From Aquificaceae bacterium (GTDB lineage Bacteria > Aquificota > Aquificia > Aquificales > Aquificaceae): a stretch of DNA of 64,000 nt. The notes beneath the pieces were generated by a model, which worked only from the letters and a program-made list of their open reading frames with translations, was not told the origin of the DNA and did not search any database. Both the position numbers and the translations under genes were made by a program. The stretch is from contig JAXSNR010000002.1 of assembly GCA_037925075.1 (NCBI GenBank), forward strand, positions 256,001 to 320,000, written 5' to 3'. The number at the start of each line of letters is the position of its first letter. Position 1 is the first letter of the stretch. Shown piece by piece: positions 50,864 through 59,784 of this stretch.

Positions 50864-51517
50864 GTGAAGGCTGTCCTTATAACCGCCACAGATACGGGGG
50901 TAGGAAAGACCTTTATAAGCTATAACCTTGTATATGCTTTAAAGGAAAGGGGTATGAGGGTTGGCTATCTAAAACCTATAGAGACAGGTGTCAAGGATTT
51001 GCCTGCGGATGGCAAGCTTGTTGCCTCCCTTACAGGACAGCCGATTGAAGAGGCTGTGCCCGTCAGGTACAAACTGCCCCTTTCTCCCTATGCGGGTATA
51101 TTGGAGGAAGGTAAGGACTTTTCCCTTGAGACCTTAAGAGAAAACTTTGAAGGGCTTTTAAAGAAGTATGAGTTTCTTGTGGTAGAAGGGGCAGGTGGTG
51201 TGGCGGTGCCTATAAAAAAGGGATATGACTATGCAAAGCTTGCTTATGAGTGGGGCTTGAACACTATACTGGTAGCAAGGGCACATCTCGGTACCATAAA
51301 CCACAGCTTCCTAAGTTGGTACTACATGAAGTCCATGGGCGTAGAGCCTTTGGCCATAGTTATGAACGGTTTTGAGGGTAAGGATGTTTCCGAAAAGACA
51401 AACCCCGCCATAGTGGAGGAACTAACTGGTCTAAGAGTTATAAGGATTCCAAAGATTGAGGGACTTTTACTTCCGTCGGAGTTTAGAAAACTACTTGCTG
51501 AGCTTGTCGGGTTCTAA
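50864..51517 (+). CDS. bioD: Dethiobiotin synthase
   Basis: ITATDTGVGKT, KPIETG, VEGAGG..VP, LGTINH. Confidence 0.95.
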   Translation: MKAVLITATDTGVGKTFISYNLVYALKERGMRVGYLKPIETGVKDLPADGKLVASLTGQPIEEAVPVRYKLPLSPYAGILEEGKDFSLETLRENFEGLLKKYEFLVVEGAGGVAVPIKKGYDYAKLAYEWGLNTILVARAHLGTINHSFLSWYYMKSMGVEPLAIVMNGFEGKDVSEKTNPAIVEELTGLRVIRIPKIEGLLLPSEFRKLLAELVGF

Positions 51518-53152
51518 ACGATAATAGAAGGCTACCCTTTCCACAAGTTCCTTAAAGTAGGGTGCGGCTACGGTGCCTCCGTAAGGGTTTGAACCCTTTG
51601 GCCTATCTACCATGATACCCGCTATGAACCTTGGGTCTTTGGCCGGAAAGTATCCTACAAAATAGGTTACTAGGTCTTCCCTTGAGTATCTTCCTGTCTT
51701 GAAATCAAACTTTTGAGATGTCCCAGTTTTGCCTGCTATAGTGAAGTAGTCGGATTTTGCCCTTGTTGCGGTTCCTTCTTCAACCACCCTTGTTAGGTTT
51801 GTCTGTAGCCAATTGAGAACATGGGGTGCGTATATGTTTTCTCTCAAAACTTGGATTGGCTCATTCAATAGTATTTTTGGCTTTACTATACGGTTGGTTG
51901 CCAATGCGTTAAAGCTAACGCATAGATTTAAAAGGTTAGAAGATAAGCCTTGTCCTATGCTTGCGTACAGGATGTTGGCAGGATAGTTAAAGTTGGGAAG
52001 TTTGGGTTTTACCTCTCCCGGAAGTATATGGAACCTATCTGTCATATGTATATTTTCCATAAGTTCCTCAACTTCCCTTTTTGAGAGGAAGCGGGCAACC
52101 TTTATGGTACCTACATTAGAAGACTTTATGAGTACCTGCTCGAGGGTAAGCGTTCCCAAGGGTTTTACATCTTTTACGTGCCTGCCAAAGACCTCAATCC
52201 TTCCGCCTTCTGTATCTATCCACATACCGGGTTTTACGTATCTCTTTTGCAAAGCCTGTCCTATAAAGAAGGGTTTCATCACAGAGCCGGGTTCAAAAAG
52301 GTCTGTGATCACAAAGTTTCTTCTGTAAGAAGCTGGAAATTTTTGGTAGTGGTTTGGGTCAAAAGTGGGATAGTTCGCCATACCCAGGATATCACCCGTT
52401 TTTGCATCCATAAGTAGTATGCCCACTCTGTCTGGGTTCCACTGCTTTACTATCTTGTCCCTTATATCCTCTAATATGGTTTGCACTCCAAGGTCTATGG
52501 TGAGCTGAATATCCTTAGAAGTCATATCTTCAGACAGAGGGCTAACCGCCAACCTTCCCAAGTAAAAGACTCCCTTTATCTCCTTACCTCTTAAATCCTT
52601 GTTGAAAAGATATTCAATCCCCTCTAATCCTTCTCCATCTTTCCCCACAAAACCTATAAGATTACTTGCAAGGCTACCATGAGGGTAGAGTCTTTTATAC
52701 TCTTCTTGTATTCCCACAGCCTTGTCATTGCCCGTGTCCCTTATAACTGCCTTTAGGTAGGGCATGTAAACCTTGTCCATATGCCTTATAAGCCATGCAA
52801 ACTTTTTGTTTGAGTTTAGTTGGTCCATCAGGTCCCTTTCTCTGAGGTCTGGCAATGCGGAAAGCCTCCGAACCAGTTCCTCTTTGTTTTGCACATGATG
52901 AGGAAAGGCATAAAGGGAAACGGTAGGTACGCTTATGGCAAGGTCATTTCCCCTTCTGTCCCTTATAAAGCCCCTTGGAGTGGAAAGTTTAACCACCGAC
53001 GCTTTTGGAAACTTTTCCACCACCTTGTCCACATAGCCCTCTTTTCCTATGAGCTGTATGTAGGCAAACCTTGCGGTTATTATGAAAAACCCTAAAAATG
53101 TGAGGAAGGAGAGAAAAAGTATTTTTGCGTTGCTACTTTTGAGATCCTGCAT
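51491..53152 (-). CDS. Class B penicillin-binding protein (FtsI/PBP2-like)
   Basis: N-terminal TM, RG.I.DR.G, R.YP.G, FEPGSVMK (SxxK), KSSN, GKTGT. Confidence 0.92.
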   Translation of the reverse strand: MQDLKSSNAKILFLSFLTFLGFFIITARFAYIQLIGKEGYVDKVVEKFPKASVVKLSTPRGFIRDRRGNDLAISVPTVSLYAFPHHVQNKEELVRRLSALPDLRERDLMDQLNSNKKFAWLIRHMDKVYMPYLKAVIRDTGNDKAVGIQEEYKRLYPHGSLASNLIGFVGKDGEGLEGIEYLFNKDLRGKEIKGVFYLGRLAVSPLSEDMTSKDIQLTIDLGVQTILEDIRDKIVKQWNPDRVGILLMDAKTGDILGMANYPTFDPNHYQKFPASYRRNFVITDLFEPGSVMKPFFIGQALQKRYVKPGMWIDTEGGRIEVFGRHVKDVKPLGTLTLEQVLIKSSNVGTIKVARFLSKREVEELMENIHMTDRFHILPGEVKPKLPNFNYPANILYASIGQGLSSNLLNLCVSFNALATNRIVKPKILLNEPIQVLRENIYAPHVLNWLQTNLTRVVEEGTATRAKSDYFTIAGKTGTSQKFDFKTGRYSREDLVTYFVGYFPAKDPRFIAGIMVDRPKGSNPYGGTVAAPYFKELVERVAFYYRLEPDKLSK

Positions 53153-54260
53153 AGTTCATGGCAAGCTCTACAAACTCTTTAAATATGCCTTTAGAATCGT
53201 GAGGTCCAGGTGATGCTTCCGGATGATACTGAACGCAAAAAATGGGAAGGTGTTTGTGTCTAAAGCCTTCAAGAGTCTCGTCAAGAAGGTTTATATGGGT
53301 TATATCCACATCCTTTAGAGTGTCTGGGTCTACCGCAAAGTTGTGGTTCTGTGCGGTTATCTCTATATGCCCATCTCTTAGGTCCTTTACTGGGTGGTTT
53401 CCACCATGATGTCCAAACTTGAGCTTATAAGTCCTTCCACCCAAAGCCAAGCCTATTATCTGATGTCCAAGACAGATACCCATTATTGGAAGCCTTTCCA
53501 TGTATCTTCTCACAATTCTTATACCTTCTACCACCCTTTGTGGGTCCCCTGGACCGTTGGAAAGAAAAAGAGCATCTGGCTTTATTTCTTCAATCCTTCT
53601 TTCCACCTCGTAGGGTGGAACCACCACAACCTTTGACCCCTCTTGGGTAAGCCTTCTAAGTATGTTCCTTTTTACTCCGTAGTCTATAACCATTATGATG
53701 GGCTTTTGGTTTTCGCTGTATATGTAGCCCCTCTTGAGATCCCAATCTCCCTCTTTCCAGTAATAAACTTCCTTGGTTGCCACCTCCTCCACCAAGTTTA
53801 GCTCCGATATGTCGGGAAGGCTTATTGCCTTTTCCACAAGTTTTTTTGGGTCTTGTTCTATGGTGGATATAACACCCCTGAGAGCACCTTTTTCCCTTAT
53901 CCTTTTAACCAAAGCTCTTGTATCTATGCCCCATATACCCACCACACTGTTCTCCGCGAGGTATTCATGCAAGCTTCTTTTTGCCCTCCAATTGCTGTAG
54001 ATAGGTGATAGGCCCTTTATAACAAGCCCGTTCACCTGAACTTTGGAGGACTCCACATCTTCGTGGTTTATACCGTAGTTTCCCATCTGGGTGTAGGTCA
54101 TGACCACTATTTGACCTCTGTAGGAAGGGTCTGTGACAATCTCCTGATAGCCGGTCATGGAAGTGTTAAAGACCACCTCTCCAGAAGTTTCCCCCTCCGC
54201 ACCAAAGGAATAGCCCACAAAATAGCTTCCATCTTCTAAGGCAAGGATAGCCCTTTTCAT
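53133..54260 (-). CDS. carA: Carbamoyl-phosphate synthase small subunit
   Basis: GEVVFNTSMTGYQE, DPSY, SNGPGDP, GICLGHQ, QYHPEASPGPHD. Confidence 0.98.
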   Translation of the reverse strand: MKRAILALEDGSYFVGYSFGAEGETSGEVVFNTSMTGYQEIVTDPSYRGQIVVMTYTQMGNYGINHEDVESSKVQVNGLVIKGLSPIYSNWRAKRSLHEYLAENSVVGIWGIDTRALVKRIREKGALRGVISTIEQDPKKLVEKAISLPDISELNLVEEVATKEVYYWKEGDWDLKRGYIYSENQKPIIMVIDYGVKRNILRRLTQEGSKVVVVPPYEVERRIEEIKPDALFLSNGPGDPQRVVEGIRIVRRYMERLPIMGICLGHQIIGLALGGRTYKLKFGHHGGNHPVKDLRDGHIEITAQNHNFAVDPDTLKDVDITHINLLDETLEGFRHKHLPIFCVQYHPEASPGPHDSKGIFKEFVELAMNYAGSQK

Positions 54261-54276
54261 GTTTTTTATCTTAACA

Positions 54277-54366
54277 CGGAGAGGGCGGGATTCGAACCCG
54301 CGGTAGGGCTGTTAACCCTACAACTCCTTAGCAGGGAGCCGCCTTCGGCCTCTCGGCCACCTCTCC
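54277..54366 (-). tRNA. tRNA-Ser(GCT), CCA not encoded
   Basis: GGAGAGG TGGCCGAGAGG, GCTCC-CTGCTAA-GGAGT, long variable arm, GGTTCGAATCC. Confidence 0.96.
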
Positions 54367-54533
54367 TGCCTATGAATAGTATAACATAGTATTAACTTAA
54401 ACCCCCATGACCATTTTCTGCGTCAAATTTTTAAAGGTTGGTTTCCACCCCAAGATTAACCCAGCCCCACCAGACCAAACAGCCCCTAACCAGTTTTGCA
54501 ACAAAAACGCATTAACTACCCTTTCCCGCCATC

Positions 54534-56543
54534 CTATTGCTTTCTGATAACTATCAGAATACGATATAGGGCTATGGCAATAACGCAAAGCACAAGAGAG
54601 ACATAAAGGGTTCCCATAAAGGCATTTACATAATTGTTGAAGATTACTCTCTGAGCTATTTCCACACTTGGTATGGTCGCTGGTAGCTTGCCAAGTTCTA
54701 ATGCCTTCTTTAAAAACTCCGCTTGAGCCAAAAAGCCTATAACCTTATCGGGATGAAAGACCCTCATAAGCCCTGCGGTTATGGTGTTTATGCTAAGAAA
54801 CAGGGCTGGAAGACCGGTAATCCATGCGTACTTGAGCTTTCCGTTGTTTACCATATACACGGTTGCCACCACAAGAGCTGTGGTCGCCAAAAGCTGGTTG
54901 GATATACCAAAGAGTGGCCACAGAGTCTTTACGCCACCGTATGGGTCAATTACACCCACATACAAGAAGTATCCCCATCCTGCCACCGTTATACCGCTGG
55001 TGAGTACATTAATCCATAGGTTTTTGTAATCTTTGAAGGCAGGAGATATGCCAGAAAGAAGGTCCTGAAGTATGTACCTTCCTACCCTTGTTCCCGTGTC
55101 TATGGTGGTAAGGATAAACACCGCCTCAAAGAGTATGGCAAAATGATACCAGAAGGCAAGAAGGGCTTCGCCGGTAATCTTTGAAAAGATAAGAGCCATA
55201 CCTATGGCAAGGGCTGGAGCTCCCCCCGTTCTTGAAAGTATGGTGGGTTCTTCTATCTTTCTGGCTACCTCTTCCAAATATTCAGGTGTTATGTAAAAGC
55301 CCCAGCTGGAAATCTTTTGTGCCGCTTCTTGAATCGTTTTCCCTATCTCGGAAGCTGGGCTGTTTATGGCAAAGTAAAGACCGGGCTCCATGGAAACCGC
55401 CGCTATTAGTGCCATCACCGCCACAAAGGACTCTCCCAGCATACCACCATAGCCCACCAGTCTCACATGGCTTTCTTTATCAAGAAGCTTGGGAGATGTG
55501 CCTGAGGATATAAGGGAGTGAAAGCCAGAGACCGCACCGCAGGCTATGGTAATAAAAAGAAAGGGAAACAGGTCACCCTTCCAAACGGGACCGTAGCCTG
55601 TAAAGGCATACTGGGTAAAAGCTGGCATCTTTATTTCTGGATTTACCACCGCAACCGCAACAGCTATAAGGATTATGGTGCCCAATTTGAGAAAAGTGCT
55701 AAGATAGTCCCTCGGTGCCAGCAGAAGCCAGACGGGTAGCACGGAAGCGAAAAAGCCATAGACCATAAGAGCCACAGCAAGCTGAGCCTCAGAAAGGGTA
55801 AAGAACTTTCCAAGGACCTCATGCTGTGCCACGAGCCTACCTATGTAGAGGCTCAGTAGCAAGGCAATCACGCCAAAAACAAAGGAGTGAAGCACAGCAC
55901 CCGGTCTTATGTGCCACATGTACACGCCCATGAGCATGGCTATGGGTATGCTCATAAAGACGGAAAAGGTTGCCCATGGGCTTTCCGCCAGAGCCTTTAT
56001 CACCACAAGACCGAGCACCGCAAGAAGGATTATGAGAATGCTGTATATGACCAAAAGGGTTATAAGACCCCCTACCTTTCCAAGCTCCTCCCTCGCTATC
56101 TGACCCAAACTCTTCCCACCCTTACGCATGGATATGGTAAGCACCACCATATCTTGAACGGTGCCCGCCAAGACAGCCCCAAGCAGGATCCATAAGGTGC
56201 CAGGAAGATATCCCATCTGTGCCGCAAGCACTGGGCCCACAAGGGGACCAGCGCCGGATATGGAAGCAAAGTGATGACCAAAGAGTACCCACTTGTTGGT
56301 GGGCACATAATCAAGCCCGTTGTAAAACTTGTGAGCTGGTGTAGGGTTGTTGTCATCCACCTGAAAGGCTCTGTGGGCTATAAAGTAGGAGTAGTACCTA
56401 TAGCCTATGATGTAAGTACATAAAGTGGCTATCAGAAGCCAAATAGTACCTACAGGCTCACCCCTTGATAGGGCAAGCACTGCAAAAGCAAAAGCACCAA
56501 GAACCGATACCGCAAGAAGTATTAACCTATCCTTCCACGTCAT
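54534..56543 (-). CDS. cstA: Carbon starvation protein A (peptide/pyruvate transporter family)
   Basis: LFGHHFASISGAGPLVGP, LLAPRDYLS, ITIACGAVSGFH, LWPLFG..NQLLA. Confidence 0.96.
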   Translation of the reverse strand: MTWKDRLILLAVSVLGAFAFAVLALSRGEPVGTIWLLIATLCTYIIGYRYYSYFIAHRAFQVDDNNPTPAHKFYNGLDYVPTNKWVLFGHHFASISGAGPLVGPVLAAQMGYLPGTLWILLGAVLAGTVQDMVVLTISMRKGGKSLGQIAREELGKVGGLITLLVIYSILIILLAVLGLVVIKALAESPWATFSVFMSIPIAMLMGVYMWHIRPGAVLHSFVFGVIALLLSLYIGRLVAQHEVLGKFFTLSEAQLAVALMVYGFFASVLPVWLLLAPRDYLSTFLKLGTIILIAVAVAVVNPEIKMPAFTQYAFTGYGPVWKGDLFPFLFITIACGAVSGFHSLISSGTSPKLLDKESHVRLVGYGGMLGESFVAVMALIAAVSMEPGLYFAINSPASEIGKTIQEAAQKISSWGFYITPEYLEEVARKIEEPTILSRTGGAPALAIGMALIFSKITGEALLAFWYHFAILFEAVFILTTIDTGTRVGRYILQDLLSGISPAFKDYKNLWINVLTSGITVAGWGYFLYVGVIDPYGGVKTLWPLFGISNQLLATTALVVATVYMVNNGKLKYAWITGLPALFLSINTITAGLMRVFHPDKVIGFLAQAEFLKKALELGKLPATIPSVEIAQRVIFNNYVNAFMGTLYVSLVLCVIAIALYRILIVIRKQ

Positions 56544-57244
56544 TTAAGGTGCTTGTTAAAGAAGGCAATAGTCTTTTCCCATACATCGTTGGCGTACTCT
56601 TCGTGGTAAACCTCAGGCCTTGTGTCGTTAAAGAAGGCATGGTCTACACCAGAATATATTAAAAACTGTGCATCTACTCCATGCTTGTTGCACTCCTCAA
56701 TAGCCTTTACTACTTCAGAAAGAGGTATAAAGGCATCCTTCCCCGCATGGATGGCAAGCACTGGAGCCTTTATCTTGGAAAAGTCTATGGGAACTATGGA
56801 GTATAGACCGTAGTAGGGAACCAAAGCCCTAAAATCCTGTGAAAACTCCGCTCCAAAGTACCAAGTGCATGTCCCACCACAACAAAAGCCCGTAGCTCCA
56901 AGCATAAACTCACCAACTCTTGCCACATAGCCCATATCCTGTTCCTTGAAGTATTCAATGGATGCCTTTACCATCTCCTTGGCTTCTGAAAACCTGTTTT
57001 GAAAAAGGTCTTGCATGAGCTTTCCTGCGTTTTCTGGGTCGCTGGCTGTTTTGCCCCTGTATAGGTCTATTCCAAAAGCATAAAAGCCCTCCTTTGCGTA
57101 CCTGTCGCATACATCCTTTATGTGATCCACAAGCCCCCACCACTCATGAAAAACAAAGACCATAGGGCCCTTCCCAAACTCGGGCTCAGATAGATAACCT
57201 GAAACCTCCACCCCATCCTTTTTAAAGGATACCATCCTTCCCAT
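56540..57244 (-). CDS. Dienelactone hydrolase family protein
   Basis: HEWWGL, GFCCGG nucleophile elbow, HAFFND. Confidence 0.9.
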   Translation of the reverse strand: MGRMVSFKKDGVEVSGYLSEPEFGKGPMVFVFHEWWGLVDHIKDVCDRYAKEGFYAFGIDLYRGKTASDPENAGKLMQDLFQNRFSEAKEMVKASIEYFKEQDMGYVARVGEFMLGATGFCCGGTCTWYFGAEFSQDFRALVPYYGLYSIVPIDFSKIKAPVLAIHAGKDAFIPLSEVVKAIEECNKHGVDAQFLIYSGVDHAFFNDTRPEVYHEEYANDVWEKTIAFFNKHLK

Positions 57245-57375
57245 TTTATGACCTCCTCAGGCTTTTTTGAAATTTTATAACACATCCTCTCTTGTTGCAA
57301 GCGAAGATAATCACATATATATGATTTAAAAATCTTAAACTCTTTCAATCTTAAAATGTTATTAATTGATAACCC

Positions 57376-57407
57376 TTGACAAATGGGGAAAAATGATTTA
57401 TATCATT
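57376..57407 (+). promoter_or_regulatory. cox operon promoter region with an FNR/DNR-like palindrome over the -10
   Basis: TTGACA at 57376-57381; AATGAT-N4-ATCATT at 57392-57407. Confidence 0.5.
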
Positions 57408-57433
57408 ATTAAAAATCACCAAGGAGGTGAAAA

Positions 57434-58210
57434 ATGGCGCACGAGGGAACCCATGCGGTGCATCATGAGACCAGCGTTTGGGCATTGCCTGTGGGCATGT
57501 CCACCTTCTTTTTATCTCTTGCCGCCATAGCCTACTTCACATGGAAGCTTGCCCTTCTGGCGGTTCTGTCGGGTGGTGTGGGCTTGGCTCTGTTGGCAAT
57601 TGGGCTTGCGGGCTGGGCAAACGAGTACTTCTCAAAGGGTCATGACGAAGGGCTTGGCTTCCAGGGCATAGTGTGGTTTGTCTTTGCGGAAGTGGTCATC
57701 TTTGGAACCATCTTTGCGGGCTTTTGGATGGCAAGAGCAACGCATGCGGATGTTTGGGTAAAGGAATGGATTCCAGAGGGTGGAATGAACCTTGCACTTG
57801 TGGCACTTCTTACCCTTATCCTATGGACTTCAAGCTTCACCATATGGAAAGCGGAACATAGCATTGAGCACGGAGACATTGGCGGTTATAGAATGTGGCT
57901 TCTTGCGACTATGGTCTTGGGTGCCGTGTTCCTTGTGCTTCATGCTTGGGAATGGCTTCATCTGTGGCACAAGGGCTTTACCATAAGCTCGAATATGTAT
58001 GGAACAGGCTTTTACATGCTTACGGGTGTCCACGCCTCTCACGTGCTTGTGGGTCTTGGTATGCAGCTTATACTTCTCATAAACAGTGGCAAGGCTCTTG
58101 GTAAGAAAACACCAGCAAGAGCGGCAAGCTACTACTGGCACTTTGTAGACCTTGCATGGCTTTTGGTGGCTGGAACAGCCTACATTGTGGGTTCCTTTGG
58201 CAAGTTCTAA
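57434..58210 (+). CDS. coxC: Cytochrome c oxidase subunit III
   Basis: F...E...F...F, T.IL..SS, FY.LTG.H..HV, YWHFVD..W. Confidence 0.92.
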   Translation: MAHEGTHAVHHETSVWALPVGMSTFFLSLAAIAYFTWKLALLAVLSGGVGLALLAIGLAGWANEYFSKGHDEGLGFQGIVWFVFAEVVIFGTIFAGFWMARATHADVWVKEWIPEGGMNLALVALLTLILWTSSFTIWKAEHSIEHGDIGGYRMWLLATMVLGAVFLVLHAWEWLHLWHKGFTISSNMYGTGFYMLTGVHASHVLVGLGMQLILLINSGKALGKKTPARAASYYWHFVDLAWLLVAGTAYIVGSFGKF

Positions 58211-58213
58211 GCC

Positions 58214-58984
58214 ATGAGGGGTATAGTCCTTCTTTTCCTGTTTTGGGTCTTTGCCTTTGGCACACCGCAACCTAAAAACACTCCCAGCATGTTTGACGCA
58301 AGCATAATGAGGATAGAGGAGGAAAAATACCTCGGAAACAAGGTCGCAGACGTAGAGTTCCTCAGGGAAGACGGCAAAAGACAGAGGCTCTACGAACTCA
58401 TAAAGGGCAAGCCTACCGCCCTTATACTTGCATACTTCACCTGCGATTCCGCCTGCCCTCTTATCGTTAAATCCGCCCTCGAAGCCACCAAAAACCTCGG
58501 AAAAGATGCCAATCTTTTGGTGCTTTCCTTTGATAAAGAGGACACCCTTGAAGACATAAAGAAGTTCAAGGTTCAGCTTGGTGTAGAGAATCCAAAGTGG
58601 ACTTTTGGCATAATGAAAGAAGACCAGATTCAAAAGCTTACACAATCTCTGGGCTACAGGTTCTTCTATTCCCGTCAAGACAGGGTTTTTGTCCATCCCA
58701 ATGTGGTGATGTTCATAGCTCCAGATGGAAAGATAGTAAGGTACCTCTATGGCATATCTCCAAAGGAAAGGGACTTTAGAATAGCCCTTGCGGAAGCGGA
58801 GACTTTTAGGATAACAAGGAACACCATAGTGGATGTGGCTTACATGGTGTGCTACAGGTACGACCCCAACACGGGAAAGTATGGGCTAAACCCAACGGTG
58901 ATCTTTGCCTTTGGTGGGGCAATGCTTGCAAGCCTCACCTTGCTTCACGCCATAGTAAAAAAGAAAAAGGAGGTTAGAACATGA
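58214..58984 (+). CDS. SCO-family copper chaperone
   Basis: Signal peptide, FTCDSACP (CxxxC), distal His (VHP), C-terminal CY.YDP..GKY + TM. Confidence 0.88.
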   Translation: MRGIVLLFLFWVFAFGTPQPKNTPSMFDASIMRIEEEKYLGNKVADVEFLREDGKRQRLYELIKGKPTALILAYFTCDSACPLIVKSALEATKNLGKDANLLVLSFDKEDTLEDIKKFKVQLGVENPKWTFGIMKEDQIQKLTQSLGYRFFYSRQDRVFVHPNVVMFIAPDGKIVRYLYGISPKERDFRIALAEAETFRITRNTIVDVAYMVCYRYDPNTGKYGLNPTVIFAFGGAMLASLTLLHAIVKKKKEVRT

Positions 58985-59766
58985 GAAAGCTTCCGTTCCT
59001 GCTTTTGCTGGCAGGGATAGCCATGGCAAAAGAGGACGTACTTGCCTACCCAAGAGCTTTTTGGGAAAACTCCGTAACCGTATGGTTCTGGGTGGCAGTA
59101 GCCATATACATTATAGTTGCGGTGCCCTCCATTTACTTCATGATCAAATACCGCTACAGACCAAAGGAAAACGAAGAAGGTGCTCACATTGAAGGAAACA
59201 CCGCCATAGAAATAGTCTGGACAGTCATACCCACAATAATAGTCCTTTTCCTTGGTACTTACTCTTTTGCCAATTTTGTAAAGCAGAGAAATGCACCAGA
59301 GGGGGCTTTGGAGATCAAGGTTACAGCCTTTATGTGGGGCTGGGAATTTGAGTATCCTAACGGCAAAAAGGTTTACACCTTCTTCAACCAGGTTTCCGAC
59401 CCAGAAAAGAACATGTACCTTATGCCCGAAAAAATAGATGATTCCGCAAAGGCTTATGTGCCGGCGGGCAAGCCCGTTAAAGTCTATTGCACCTCAAGGG
59501 ATGTGATACATTCCTTTTTCGTACACGAAGCGAGGGTAACGGAGGACTGCGTTCCGGGAAGGATTACCAAGATGTGGTTCCAATTCAACAAGCCCGGTGA
59601 ATACTGGGTCTTTTGCAGGGAGTACTGTGGCACATGGCATTCAAGGATGGCAAGCGTCCTAAAGGTGGTTCCTCAGGAAGAGTTTGATAAGTGGTTGGGT
59701 GGACAAGCAGGGCAACAAGCCCAGCCTGAACAGGTTCAACAACCGGCTCAGCCGGTTCAACAATAA
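58981..59766 (+). CDS. coxB: Cytochrome c oxidase subunit II (CuA)
   Basis: EIVWTVIP, W.WEFEYP, DVIHSF, CREYCGTWHSRM CuA ligands; no fused cytochrome c domain. Confidence 0.96.
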   Translation: MRKLPFLLLLAGIAMAKEDVLAYPRAFWENSVTVWFWVAVAIYIIVAVPSIYFMIKYRYRPKENEEGAHIEGNTAIEIVWTVIPTIIVLFLGTYSFANFVKQRNAPEGALEIKVTAFMWGWEFEYPNGKKVYTFFNQVSDPEKNMYLMPEKIDDSAKAYVPAGKPVKVYCTSRDVIHSFFVHEARVTEDCVPGRITKMWFQFNKPGEYWVFCREYCGTWHSRMASVLKVVPQEEFDKWLGGQAGQQAQPEQVQQPAQPVQQ

Positions 59767-59784
59767 AAAGAAAGGAGGTATGCT

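Noticed and set aside
54441..54475. CRISPR array suggested by a 35-mer ending in GGAAAC
   Set aside because: Single copy, no spacer-repeat periodicity and no cas genes in the window.
54397..54588. 63-aa ORF as the YbdD/YjiX partner of cstA
   Set aside because: Lacks the family's Y..Y...H and C-terminal RCC pattern, has no SD, and overlaps cstA out of frame.
57830..58696. 288-aa antisense ORF over coxC/SCO
   Set aside because: No recognisable motifs; shadow of two well-supported plus-strand genes.
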